NCBI GenBank assembly: GCA_965200155.1
Contig: CBDATR010000010.1
Span: 448,001 to 512,000 of the forward strand
Source: Nitrosopumilaceae archaeon
GTDB lineage: Archaea > Thermoproteota > Nitrososphaeria > Nitrososphaerales > Nitrosopumilaceae
Direction of reading: 5' to 3'
DNA: 64,000 nt
The notes beneath the pieces were generated by a model. The model was not told the origin of the DNA. It made no database searches and saw nothing but the letters and a program-made list of their open reading frames with translations. Positions 43,505 through 52,958 of the stretch are shown piece after piece. Numbering within the stretch: the stretch's first letter is position 1; each line of letters begins with the position of its first letter. The translations under genes and the position numbers were made by a program.

Positions 43505-43957
43505 ATGAATCGCCGTGTACCTTTGGTGATAATGGCGGTTGTAATTGCCGCCATTGTGTCTTATGCCATAAGCCCGTACTTTATGGAGTCGGAGGTGTAT
43601 GAGGAGTTGCCCGATACGGTGACAATTTCCGATGACATGATTGCATACGGTGGTACGTTTGTGGGTGTTGGTGACGGCATCCATGATGCCCAAGGGGTGG
43701 CATCTGTACTCGTACAGGATGATGGCAGCTACCTGTTGCGCCTAGAAGAGTTTAGATCCACCAACGGTCCTGATTTGTACGTATATCTATCCACTGACAA
43801 GGGCATAGACGACTTTGTAAGTCTGGGTAATTTGAAGGCAAATCGCGGTGATCAAAACTACGAGATTCCTGCTGGCACGGACATAGAGCAACACGATCAC
43901 GTCCTGATATGGTGCAAGCCCTTTAGTGTACTCTTTGGTAGTGCACAGCTTGAATAG
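43505..43957 (+). CDS. DM13 domain protein
   Basis: NGPDLYVYLS, LKANRGDQNY and IWCKPFSVLFG motifs. Confidence 0.9.
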   Translation: MNRRVPLVIMAVVIAAIVSYAISPYFMESEVYEELPDTVTISDDMIAYGGTFVGVGDGIHDAQGVASVLVQDDGSYLLRLEEFRSTNGPDLYVYLSTDKGIDDFVSLGNLKANRGDQNYEIPAGTDIEQHDHVLIWCKPFSVLFGSAQLE

Positions 43958-43971
43958 CGTCGTGGTGCCAG

Positions 43972-44343
43972 TTGAGGCTGTTTGGAGATCCGCAGAAAAA
44001 GAAGAATGCCCAGCAGGCAGGCAAGATACGTAGCCTAGTGAAGGAGAAAAAATACTCTGACGCACTAAGGGTGGGACAAGAGTATCTTACACGTGTTCCC
44101 GACAACCATGATGTCTTGTTTATAATGGGCGGCATACACTACATGCGAAAGCAGTATGGTAAGGCACTAAAGTACTTTGAAGCTGCACTTCAGATAGGCA
44201 GGTATGATACCGATGTGTTGATACTAAAGGCCCAGTGCCACATGCGGTTAGGTCAAATTCAGAAAGCCAGAATGTGTTGCGAAGATATCCTGGAAGTAGA
44301 TCCCAAAAACCGTGAGGCACGTGACATAATTAACCGCACCTAG
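43972..44343 (+). CDS. TPR repeat protein
   Basis: Two to three TPR motifs. Confidence 0.8.
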   Translation: MRLFGDPQKKKNAQQAGKIRSLVKEKKYSDALRVGQEYLTRVPDNHDVLFIMGGIHYMRKQYGKALKYFEAALQIGRYDTDVLILKAQCHMRLGQIQKARMCCEDILEVDPKNREARDIINRT

Positions 44344-44408
44344 TACGTATCCATATCTTTTCCAACTATATGACCAGATAATATTCTCCCACTCCGCGTG
44401 GAGATATT

Positions 44409-45218
44409 CTAAATGTCTAACCCAATATCCAGGGCAGGGGCCGAGTTAGTCATGGAGCCCACTGATACATAGTCTGCACCACTACTTCCGTACAACTCTA
44501 TGTTGCCTGCTGTAATGCCGCCTGATGCCTCCAGCTTTACTGTGTCCCTCAATCCATCTCTTACAAGTGCTGATACGGTTCTCTGTATATCTTCTGGCGT
44601 AAAATTGTCCAGCAGTATGAGCGGCGCCCCAAATCTTGCTGCGCGTAACGCATCTTGTATCGTATCTACCTCTACCTCAAAGTGTGCACTCTTCTTCTTG
44701 GCGCACTGTATGATTCTGTCCAGGGATCCCTCTATTGCTATGTGGTTGTCTTTTATCATTATCATCTCTCCCAGATTCATGCGGTGGCGCTTGCCACCCC
44801 CGGCTTCCACTGCCTCCTTGTCAAATCGTCGCAGGCCTGGGGCTGTCTTCCTGGTGGACAGAAGCGTCACATTGGGGGGTAATCGTGAAGACAGGGTGGC
44901 GGCCATACTGGCTATGCCGCTCATGCGCGACAGCAGGTTCAGTGCGGTTCGCTCTAGGGAGAGTATATCCGAGGCCCTGCCCGCGACGGTCATGATTTTC
45001 TCTCCCGACTCTACGGCACATCCATCCTTCACTATAATGTTGCATGTGCATCCCCGTGTCTCAAATATTGTCTTGGCGTGGAGTGTGCCGGATATTGTAC
45101 CTTCCTGCCGTGATACTATCCGTCCGGTTATATGCACGTCCGGAAGTAGATCCGATGTAGGATCCCCCTCGCCCAGATCCTCCTCTAAAAAACCAAGTAT
45201 GACATCATTCGAGGACAA
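44409..45218 (-). CDS. nadC: Quinolinate phosphoribosyltransferase
   Basis: TRKTAPG, HRMNL, KDNH, LLDN and EASGGI motifs. Confidence 0.95.
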   Translation of the reverse strand: MSSNDVILGFLEEDLGEGDPTSDLLPDVHITGRIVSRQEGTISGTLHAKTIFETRGCTCNIIVKDGCAVESGEKIMTVAGRASDILSLERTALNLLSRMSGIASMAATLSSRLPPNVTLLSTRKTAPGLRRFDKEAVEAGGGKRHRMNLGEMIMIKDNHIAIEGSLDRIIQCAKKKSAHFEVEVDTIQDALRAARFGAPLILLDNFTPEDIQRTVSALVRDGLRDTVKLEASGGITAGNIELYGSSGADYVSVGSMTNSAPALDIGLDI

Positions 45219-45225
45219 ATTCCGG

Positions 45226-45414
45226 TCAGGTTATTCTAAGGGCATACTTGCCCCTGCGGGTTACCCCTAATGTATGTCCTATCTGAGACCCATTGGGCTC
45301 GACCACCAGTGCAATGCCGGTCCAGTCCGGTGTAAGATCCGAGGACTTGCAGGCAGGACATACCTTGCCTGTTGTGACAAACTTACACTTGCGGCATGCC
45401 ATCTCGCGTCCCAT
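45226..45414 (-). CDS. spt4: Transcription elongation factor Spt4 (RpoE'')
   Basis: ACRKC...CPAC...W.G...GKYAL. Confidence 0.95.
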   Translation of the reverse strand: MGREMACRKCKFVTTGKVCPACKSSDLTPDWTGIALVVEPNGSQIGHTLGVTRRGKYALRIT

Positions 45415-45417
45415 CTA

Positions 45418-46011
45418 TTACTCCTCCTTGCTGGATCCCCCGCCTTCTGCATTGGTCACCTCTTCGTTTATCCATTCATTAGTACCTAGGAACGGCTGCC
45501 TGCATGTGATTCCTATCTTGCCCAATGATGCACCCTTGCCTAGGGATACTGCCGTAATACGTGATCTAAGTTTTGATCCAACACGTAGTGTACGTCCGCT
45601 TTGATTGGCAACTATAACTCCTGCCTTTACATCACTTCGTAGATAATCATTCATCACCTGGGACAGGTGTAGAAGGGCATCTGATGGGCCTATTCTCACA
45701 AATGCTCCAAAGTCTGTTATATCCACAATTTCGCCGTTCACAATCTCGTTCATCTTTGGATAGAATGTGAGCGCCTCAAATTCCACCCGGTGGAATGTAC
45801 CACTATCTCCTGATACCATCTTTCCCATCTCGTCCACATTTGCATCCAGTATGATTATGATGTATCCCAGATCCGCGCTTATGGATGACTCGTACTTTTC
45901 CTTGAGTGTGCTTATGGCAGCCTTGCGTAATGCTGTGCCAAAGAGATCTGGCGGGATCCTGACTACATCGATCATGGTCGTTATGGAAAACAACTGTAAT
46001 GACAACCTCAT
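45418..46011 (-). CDS. rpo7: RNA polymerase subunit Rpo7 (E')
   Basis: VRIPP, FGAFVRIGP, LLHLSQV and TCRQPFLG motifs. Confidence 0.95.
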   Translation of the reverse strand: MRLSLQLFSITTMIDVVRIPPDLFGTALRKAAISTLKEKYESSISADLGYIIIILDANVDEMGKMVSGDSGTFHRVEFEALTFYPKMNEIVNGEIVDITDFGAFVRIGPSDALLHLSQVMNDYLRSDVKAGVIVANQSGRTLRVGSKLRSRITAVSLGKGASLGKIGITCRQPFLGTNEWINEEVTNAEGGGSSKEE

Positions 46012-46170
46012 GGTTTCATTTTATGAACCTTTGTGTTGATTGGGCGATCATTTAAGATATGCTGGATATGCTAACGCTTGGGATATGTGCCCGTATTCTG
46101 TGTGTGCAGTGACGCTGTGGTTTGGCAGCAAGTGCCGCCTTGAATCGGCTTTTGAGTGACCTCCGCCAAG

Positions 46171-46262
46171 GTATGAGTTCACCTGTGTCTAAATTTACGC
46201 ACAACTGATCGCGACAGTTACTGTGATCTGTGCACAAGATTCCGGAAGACGTGAACTCATAC
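46171..46262 (-). mobile_element. MITE-1
   Basis: TSD CCGCCAAG. Confidence 0.95.
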
Positions 46263-46375
46263 CCGCCAAGTGTCATACAGAACAGGATTCACACTACCCT
46301 GCCTGCCTTGATAGAGTATGTTATACTGTTGGATTATCTAAAAATAAATAATGCCATAATATGGTTTAGACTATA

Positions 46376-47461
46376 ATGGTTGGTGTAGATCAGGTGCTTG
46401 AAAAGCTGGCCACTGTTATAGATCCGGACCTGAAGAAGGATATAGTATCAATGGGCATGATTAAGGATCTGGAGATTGATGGGGGAGATCTCAAATTTAC
46501 GCTGGAGCTCACCACACCTGCGTGTCCCTTCAACGCGGAAATAGAGGATGATGTCAGGAATGCCGTCAATACCATAGACGGAATTGCTAACTTTGACATG
46601 AAAGTTACTGCCAAGGTGATGGAGGGCAGGTCCTTGGAGGACGATACTGGGATGACGACGGTAAAAAATATCATCGGTGTTGCCAGTGGCAAGGGTGGTG
46701 TTGGTAAGTCTACAGTATCTTTGAATCTTGCACTGGCACTATCTCAGAGTGGCGCAAAAGTGGGATTGCTGGATGCTGACATATACGGTCCTAGCGTACC
46801 GCTTATGCTGGGCATGAAAGATGGATATATGGAGGTGGAGGAGAACAAGTTACAGCCCGCCCAATCACACGGTATACGCGTTGTGTCCTTTGGATTCTTT
46901 GCGGAGCAGACCCACCAAGCCGCCATATATAGGGGGCCTATAATATCTGGTATACTACGACAATTTCTGGTTGATACCAATTGGTCTGATCTGGATTATC
47001 TTGTAGTTGATCTACCTCCCGGTACCGGTGACATACCCCTTACGCTGGCGCAGACTATACCCATAACGGGCATACTGGTAGTGACCACGCCTCAGGATGT
47101 TGCAAGTAACGTGGCAGTCAAGGCTATAGGCATGTTTGAAAAACTAAATGTTCCCATAATTGGTGTTGTGGAGAACATGAGCTCCTTTGTATGCAATAAA
47201 TGCGACGCCAAACACCACATATTTGGCCAGGGCGGTGCCGAGGCAATAGCGAAGCAGTTCGACATACCATTCTTGGGCGAGATACCACTTAATTCTGGAA
47301 TAATGAGTGGCTCAGACTTGGGCAAGCCCATAATGATTACAGATTCGGAGTCGGAAGGTGCAAGCTCGTTTAGGACCGCTGCAAGAAATGTTGCTGCCCA
47401 ATGTAGTATACTGGCTGCCAAACTACAGGAGCAGACAACTACTGATTCGGATTCGGCGTGA
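46376..47461 (+). CDS. mrp: Mrp/ApbC/Nbp35 Fe-S carrier ATPase
   Basis: DUF59 N-terminus; SGKGGVGKST, DADIYGPS, DLPPGTGD and ENMS..C..C motifs. Confidence 0.95.
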   Translation: MVGVDQVLEKLATVIDPDLKKDIVSMGMIKDLEIDGGDLKFTLELTTPACPFNAEIEDDVRNAVNTIDGIANFDMKVTAKVMEGRSLEDDTGMTTVKNIIGVASGKGGVGKSTVSLNLALALSQSGAKVGLLDADIYGPSVPLMLGMKDGYMEVEENKLQPAQSHGIRVVSFGFFAEQTHQAAIYRGPIISGILRQFLVDTNWSDLDYLVVDLPPGTGDIPLTLAQTIPITGILVVTTPQDVASNVAVKAIGMFEKLNVPIIGVVENMSSFVCNKCDAKHHIFGQGGAEAIAKQFDIPFLGEIPLNSGIMSGSDLGKPIMITDSESEGASSFRTAARNVAAQCSILAAKLQEQTTTDSDSA

Positions 47462-47973
47462 AACTACCTGTTAGACACCGCCATCTGTTTAAGGATCCCA
47501 TGGGTTTGCTGATCGCAGACTCTGATGTTACAAAGAAACTGGTGTCCAAAGAACTGGATGGTTTCTGTCATATAGTAACGGTAGGAGATCGTACCACCGA
47601 ACGCATTCTGGGATTTGAGCTAAAACCGGATGTACAAATAGTTGATGGTCTGGAACAGAGACAAAAGCGATCCGTACCGGGAGAGTTTCTGGAAACTATA
47701 ACATGCATTAACCCAGCCGCTAACATAACTGATGATGCGGTATCTGCCGTGATTAAGGCATATTCCATGAAGAGACCCACTAGAATATTGGTCAACGGCG
47801 AGGAGGATCTGTTGGTGGTGCCCGCTCTGTTACATGCCCCAAAAGACACCATAGTTCTGTATGGCCAACCTGGGCAGGGGTTGGTTTTTGTAGTAGCAGA
47901 TAATACATCTAGGAATAGGGCTGCTCATATGATGGAGTTGCTGGAACGGGATGATGAGACGGTGGCTGAATGA
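47458..47973 (+). CDS. GTP-dependent dephospho-CoA kinase (DUF359)
   Basis: TVGD, NPA, GEEDLL and YGQP motifs. Confidence 0.9.
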   Translation: MKLPVRHRHLFKDPMGLLIADSDVTKKLVSKELDGFCHIVTVGDRTTERILGFELKPDVQIVDGLEQRQKRSVPGEFLETITCINPAANITDDAVSAVIKAYSMKRPTRILVNGEEDLLVVPALLHAPKDTIVLYGQPGQGLVFVVADNTSRNRAAHMMELLERDDETVAE

Positions 47974-48056
47974 ATGCATGATTACAATACCAAAGTATCT
48001 GACCTCCAGCAACCACCTTACGGGCGCACCGGTATGACTGGGAATGCATATCTTTG

Positions 48057-48134
48057 GTGTGAGTTCACCTGTGTCTAAATTTACGCATAACTGATCGCGA
48101 CAGTTAATGTGATTTGTGCATAATATTCCGGAAG
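48057..48134 (-). mobile_element. MITE-1, truncated by IS481
   Basis: Last ~14 bp missing. Confidence 0.85.
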
Positions 48135-49326
48135 TCAATAGTACGAAAAGTAAGTCCGCTTAGGATCCGGCGTACAGTAGTCCAGATTGCACAAGCCAGA
48201 TGGTAAAGAGAATAACAGAGGAATCAAGACAAAAGAGGCGTTGCCGCCACCAAAATAGCTCAAGACCTGAAACAAGGCACGTACGAAGATTGTGAACCAG
48301 AGAACGGGAACGACTCGAGTAAAGATAGGCAGGTCCATGATACTAATCACCGCCACCCAGATACGAATGGTAACTGAAGCATACAGCAAGGATCCCGCAG
48401 GAGTAGTACGTATTGCAAAGAGGCTTAGACAGAATTACAATATATCATATCGCGCAGTATATCGCATAATGAAAAAGAACGGTACGGCAGGATCATCACC
48501 TGCAAAGTCAGAGTGGGTACGCTATGAGCGTAAATATTCCAATGCAATGTGGCACGTAGACTGGCATGTCATGAAAGATGGTATGAGTTCACGTCTTCCG
48601 GAATCTTGTGCACAAATCACATTAACTGTCGCGATCAGTTATGCGTAAATTTAGACACAGGTGAACTCATACAAGTTAAGACCTAATTTTGTAGTATCAG
48701 GTATGCTAAAAGCAGAAGAACTCACCAAGGGTATGAGTTCACGTCTTCCGGAATCTTGTGCACAAATCACATTAACTGTCGCGATCAGTTGTGCGTAAAT
48801 TTAGACACAGGTGAACTCATACGAAAGATGAGCGCTTCAAGGGACTGAATCTCATAGTTGATGCATCCAGGTGTATAGTCGGAGCGGCACTATTTGAGCA
48901 TGCAACATGAGAACACCGTTCTATTACTGAGACTGGTAATGAAACGATTCGGCGCCCTTGCATCTCGGATAACGGCGCGTGTCTCGTAGGACAATAAAAG
49001 GGCAAGAAAAGCTGGAAACCCACTATTCGAGGAAGAACTGCTGGATCAAGACATCATACTAATCAATTCCAGACCATACCACCCGCAGACAAATGGCAAA
49101 CTGGAGCGCTTCCCTAGAACGATTGAGGATGAGATATGGCATTATGACAGTCTCCGGGATTATGTGGACTACTACAATGAGAGAAGATTGCACTTCTCAC
49201 TGGATATAGATAACGACGAAACACCACTCCAGGAATAAAAAGGCGACCCAGACAATTAGGGCAAATGATGCAAAATGGATGGAGTGGGATGCCAATGACT
49301 AGCGGACCGACTTTTCATACATTACA
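48135..49326 (+). mobile_element. IS481-family element, decayed, containing a composite MITE insertion
   Basis: Homologous to 36020-36977. Confidence 0.85.
48581..48822 (+). mobile_element. Composite: MITE-1 (48581-48672) + 58-bp IS5 fragment + MITE-1 (48731-48822)
   Basis: A single TSD GAAAGATG flanks the whole unit. Confidence 0.9.
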
Positions 49327-49397
49327 CACAAATATTCTGGAAACTGATTAACTATATTGCAGCGTGCATTTCTGCATACAATAACTTGTAGATGAAA

Positions 49398-49492
49398 TGG
49401 TGGACCGGGTGGGATTCGGACCCACGACCTTTGCGGGATTACTCCTTACGCAGTGTGAGTGCGTCATCCAAACCAGGCTAGACGACCGGTCC
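49398..49492 (-). tRNA. tRNA-Val(CAC) with a 17-nt non-canonical intron (49430-49446) and encoded CCA
   Basis: GGACCGG/CCGGTCC acceptor; ACGCA-CTCACAC-TGCGT arm; BHB motif TGCG-TAA-GGA-GTAA-TCC-CGCA-AAG. Confidence 0.9.
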
Positions 49493-49652
49493 ATAGTCTG
49501 GCAGTATTGTGTGCTTTTTGTTTCTTTTGGTGTGTGCCACTCTACTACATTATCGAGAGTCTATCTGGCTTGTCGTATTATGTGGTATTCGTGGCTGTAC
49601 TGTAGAAAATAGTGCAGAAATACAGAATTAAAATCTGGTACCAAAGATTTTG

Positions 49653-49751
49653 GTATGAGTTCACCTGTGTCTAAATTTACGCATAACTGATAGAACCGGT
49701 TACCAGTTAATGTGATTTGTGCATAAGATTCCGGAAGACGTGAACTCATAC
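49653..49751 (-). mobile_element. MITE-1 variant A (99 bp)
   Basis: TSD AGATTTTG; centre AGAACCGGTTAC. Confidence 0.95.
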
Positions 49752-49776
49752 AGATTTTGTGCATCTTGTAGACTTG

Positions 49777-50364
49777 TTAATGTTCATAGACTGGTTTGTT
49801 TACACCAAATTCTAGATTATTTATCTTGTAATATATTATCTCGCCACGACGCTCTATTATTGCTATGACCGGCTTTTTTCCCATCCTGGCCATTTCATTT
49901 ATTTTTTTCTGAAAGGAACCGGCATTCTCCCGATGCCCTTCGGAAAATCCAAATACAAGAAATTTGGATCCTTTTACACCAAAATGAGTTCTATCGTACA
50001 CACGAAAATCTATGCCAAAGCCGAATCCGTCCTTGGGTACGTAACCGCGAGTGCGAAGATCTCTGTATATTAAATATTTTGAGAATGCGTTTGGATCGAC
50101 CTTCTGGTATGATTCCAATAAAGTATCAAAGTCCAGTTTATTTCTACCCTCTCTTACTACCAGTTTTTCTGTTGCCACTAGATATAGCGCCTCAAATGGT
50201 TTTAGATTATACCCGTCCGGTTCTTGATCGCCAAAGCCATCACTACTGAATGCATGTATGACTTCCTCGGACAGTATCCTGATACGGTCGCCGATCAGGC
50301 GCCCCTTGGCCGGTGGACGCTTCACTGAGAAATGATCGCTGCCTTGTACCGTGACATCACTCAT
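49777..50364 (-). CDS. endA: tRNA splicing endonuclease subunit
   Basis: L..FEALYL and IYRDLRTRGYVPKDGFGFGIDFRVY motifs. Confidence 0.9.
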   Translation of the reverse strand: MSDVTVQGSDHFSVKRPPAKGRLIGDRIRILSEEVIHAFSSDGFGDQEPDGYNLKPFEALYLVATEKLVVREGRNKLDFDTLLESYQKVDPNAFSKYLIYRDLRTRGYVPKDGFGFGIDFRVYDRTHFGVKGSKFLVFGFSEGHRENAGSFQKKINEMARMGKKPVIAIIERRGEIIYYKINNLEFGVNKPVYEH

Positions 50365-50476
50365 ACACTGCGCACTTTTGCCGTATGTATATCTCTGTCT
50401 TTGCAGGAAATGGGATCAATCCTAATAGTGTATGCCTTGTAGGTTGGCGTGGTGACGCACTGGCAGTCCCTGCTAG

Positions 50477-50878
50477 GTAACCGTTTAGGTCACTCCGAAT
50501 TGCTTTCATAACACAAAATCCGGTAACCACAAGCCCGAAGCAGTGGGTGATAGACACCGCCAGCCCTAACGTATGTTGTGTTCGCAAATGTCGCGCAGTG
50601 AGATAACAGGATTTAGTCCCTACCCTGGTGGCATATTAGGAAAAACACTTGGGTGACCTAAATGATTGTATGAGTTCACGTCTTCCGGAATCTTGTGCAC
50701 AAATCACATTAACTGTCGCGATCAGTTGTGCGTAAATTTAGACACAGGTGAACTCATGCAACAAATCCGCATTTGTCATATACAACCCCTGTCTTGAATG
50801 TCAAAGAATTATGGTGTTCGCTGTATGCCCATGAATTCAGTCTAGGTGTATGATCTTTAACTCGACCTAAACGGTTAC
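50477..50878. mobile_element. Composite MITE-2 element with an internal extra end and a MITE-1
   Basis: TIR GTAACCGTTTAGGTC; TSD CCTGCTAG. Confidence 0.85.
50668..50759 (+). mobile_element. MITE-1
   Basis: Inside the MITE-2 composite; no TSD. Confidence 0.9.
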
Positions 50879-50926
50879 CCTGCTAGTCTGAAAAGGGTTT
50901 TATGAGGCTCATAAATTATCGTCAAC

Positions 50927-51577
50927 ATGATCGACGAATCCAAGATAAGAAAAATGGTCCATGATGCAAAAGAGGCCTCCAAGAATAGAGGGTTTCAACA
51001 GGCCGTTGAATTGATAACCATATTCAAGGACATAGACGTCAAGAAAGGATTCCAGATAAATGAGGTAGTACAGCTTCCCCAGAGCAGCTCACAGGCTAGG
51101 GTATGTGTCCTGGCCGGTGGGGACATGAAAACAAAGGCTCAGGAATCCAATGCTGATGCTGTGGTGGATGCAGACGAGCTGGGACGGTTGGCCACAGACA
51201 GAAGAGCGGCACGCAAGTTCATTAATAAGTATGATTTCTTCCTGGCTGATACCAAGATAATGCCCGTTGTGGGCAAGTCTTTGGGTCAACTTTTGGGTCC
51301 CCGGGGAAAGATGCCCACGCCCGTGCCATTTAATGCACCTATAGAGTCGTTTCTCCAGAGATTCAAGGCATCCATACGCGTAAGAGTACGTGGATCCCTG
51401 TCTGTGTCATGTAAGATTGGTAATGAGTCAATGCGTGATGAGGATCTGGCAACTAATGCTACGGTGGTATTGGGGGCAATCGAAAAGAAGCTGCCCAATG
51501 GCAACAAAAACATACGTGATGTAATGATGAAGACCACTATGGGCGGAATAATAAAAGGTGCCAAGAGCAATGCATGA
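50927..51577 (+). CDS. rpl1: 50S ribosomal protein L1
   Basis: LGPRGKMPTP and KTTMG motifs. Confidence 0.95.
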   Translation: MIDESKIRKMVHDAKEASKNRGFQQAVELITIFKDIDVKKGFQINEVVQLPQSSSQARVCVLAGGDMKTKAQESNADAVVDADELGRLATDRRAARKFINKYDFFLADTKIMPVVGKSLGQLLGPRGKMPTPVPFNAPIESFLQRFKASIRVRVRGSLSVSCKIGNESMRDEDLATNATVVLGAIEKKLPNGNKNIRDVMMKTTMGGIIKGAKSNA

Positions 51578-52433
51578 AAATCGAACCGCATATCCAAAAA
51601 AGAAGAGTGATATGCATGCACAAATACTGCAATTGTCCTCTGAACATAGGGTCGTGGCCCTTATACGTATGGAGAAGGTGCGTGCATCACAAATACTACA
51701 GCTGCGGAAGAAGCTAAAGGATCAGGTAAAATTCGTCAGCGTCAAGGATAGGGTTGCAGTAAGAGCCCTTGAAAAGGTAGGCATAAAGGGTGTAGAGAAA
51801 CTGATACAAGATATTAGCGGTCAATGCATGTTGATCTTTACTAGCCTCTCACCTTTCCGTCTCAATATCATGCTTGCCAAGAACAAGATAATGCTTGGTG
51901 CCCGCGGAGGCGATGTTGCCAGTATAGACGTTATCATTCCTGCAAGAAACACCGGAATAGCTCCCGGACCCATGCTTACAGAGTTTAAGGAAGCAAACAT
52001 CCCCACCAAGATAGATCAGGGTACCATATGGATATCCAAAGATACCACGCCCGTCAAGAAAGGCGAGGTGATAAACGAAAAGCTAGCTGCCATGTTGGGC
52101 AAGCTTGACATTAAACCCATAGAAGCGGGCATATCTCTTCACTCAGCCATCGAGGAAGGCAACAGGTATGACAACAATGACATGACCGTTGACATTCAGG
52201 CAGTGGCCGATAGCGTAGCCCAGGCTCACAATGAAGCGATGAACCTCTCAATAGACGCAGGCTATGTTACACCATTGAATATAGCCCAGATACTGGCAAA
52301 GTGTGCAGCTTCTGCACGTTCCTTGTCCATTGAATCAGGACATATGACAGAAGAGACCAGGGATGCCATACTTTCCAAAGCCCATGATCAGGCCAACTCT
52401 CTGATACACAGTAGCGGTTATGAGCCCTCGTGA
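51570..52433 (+). CDS. rpl10: 50S ribosomal protein L10 (P0)
   Basis: PARNTGIAPGP, TKIDQGTI and LDIKPI motifs. Confidence 0.95.
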   Translation: MHENRTAYPKKKSDMHAQILQLSSEHRVVALIRMEKVRASQILQLRKKLKDQVKFVSVKDRVAVRALEKVGIKGVEKLIQDISGQCMLIFTSLSPFRLNIMLAKNKIMLGARGGDVASIDVIIPARNTGIAPGPMLTEFKEANIPTKIDQGTIWISKDTTPVKKGEVINEKLAAMLGKLDIKPIEAGISLHSAIEEGNRYDNNDMTVDIQAVADSVAQAHNEAMNLSIDAGYVTPLNIAQILAKCAASARSLSIESGHMTEETRDAILSKAHDQANSLIHSSGYEPS

Positions 52434-52603
52434 TTCCTGTAACGGATGATCTAGCGCATTCTCTCCGGTAGAGTCGTTATCTACCATTTCATCGTGTGTA
52501 AATGTAGGCATGCGGTACAATTGGCATCTCATATTGCCCATTATGAGAGGCGTACCTTTTGTACGCTATATAATGAAAAAACTGATCTTGCATATAGCCT
52601 GAT

Positions 52604-52906
52604 CTAGCCAAACAGCGAGGAGAGACCTTCCATAGCCGCTTCCTCATCTTTTCCTTCTTCCTTCTTCTCTTCTTTCTCTTCGACCTTTTCCTCTACGGTT
52701 TCAGCTACGGGGGCTGCGGCCGCCACTGCCACAGGTGCAGCTTTGATCGCCTCATTGATATCCACATCAGCCAATGCTGCCACCAAGGACTTGACTTGCG
52801 CCTCGTTGACCTGAGAGCCAGATGCTGATACTACTGCGGTGAGATTCTCTTCACTGATGTCTTTTTGTAGTTTATGAAGAAGTAAAGCAGCATAGACGTA
52901 TTCCAT
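52604..52906 (-). CDS. rpl12: 50S ribosomal protein P1/L12
   Basis: [11 protein letters not shown]...GLSSLFG. Confidence 0.97.
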   Translation of the reverse strand: MEYVYAALLLHKLQKDISEENLTAVVSASGSQVNEAQVKSLVAALADVDINEAIKAAPVAVAAAAPVAETVEEKVEEKEEKKEEGKDEEAAMEGLSSLFG

Positions 52907-52958
52907 GGTAATGCCAAACAGCGATGTACATTATATAAATCGTAACTGCAAGCCGTAA

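Noticed and set aside
44500-45270. 256-aa plus-strand ORF and similar long antisense ORFs (26412, 28786, 31080)
   Set aside because: These are shadows of clear genes on the opposite strand.
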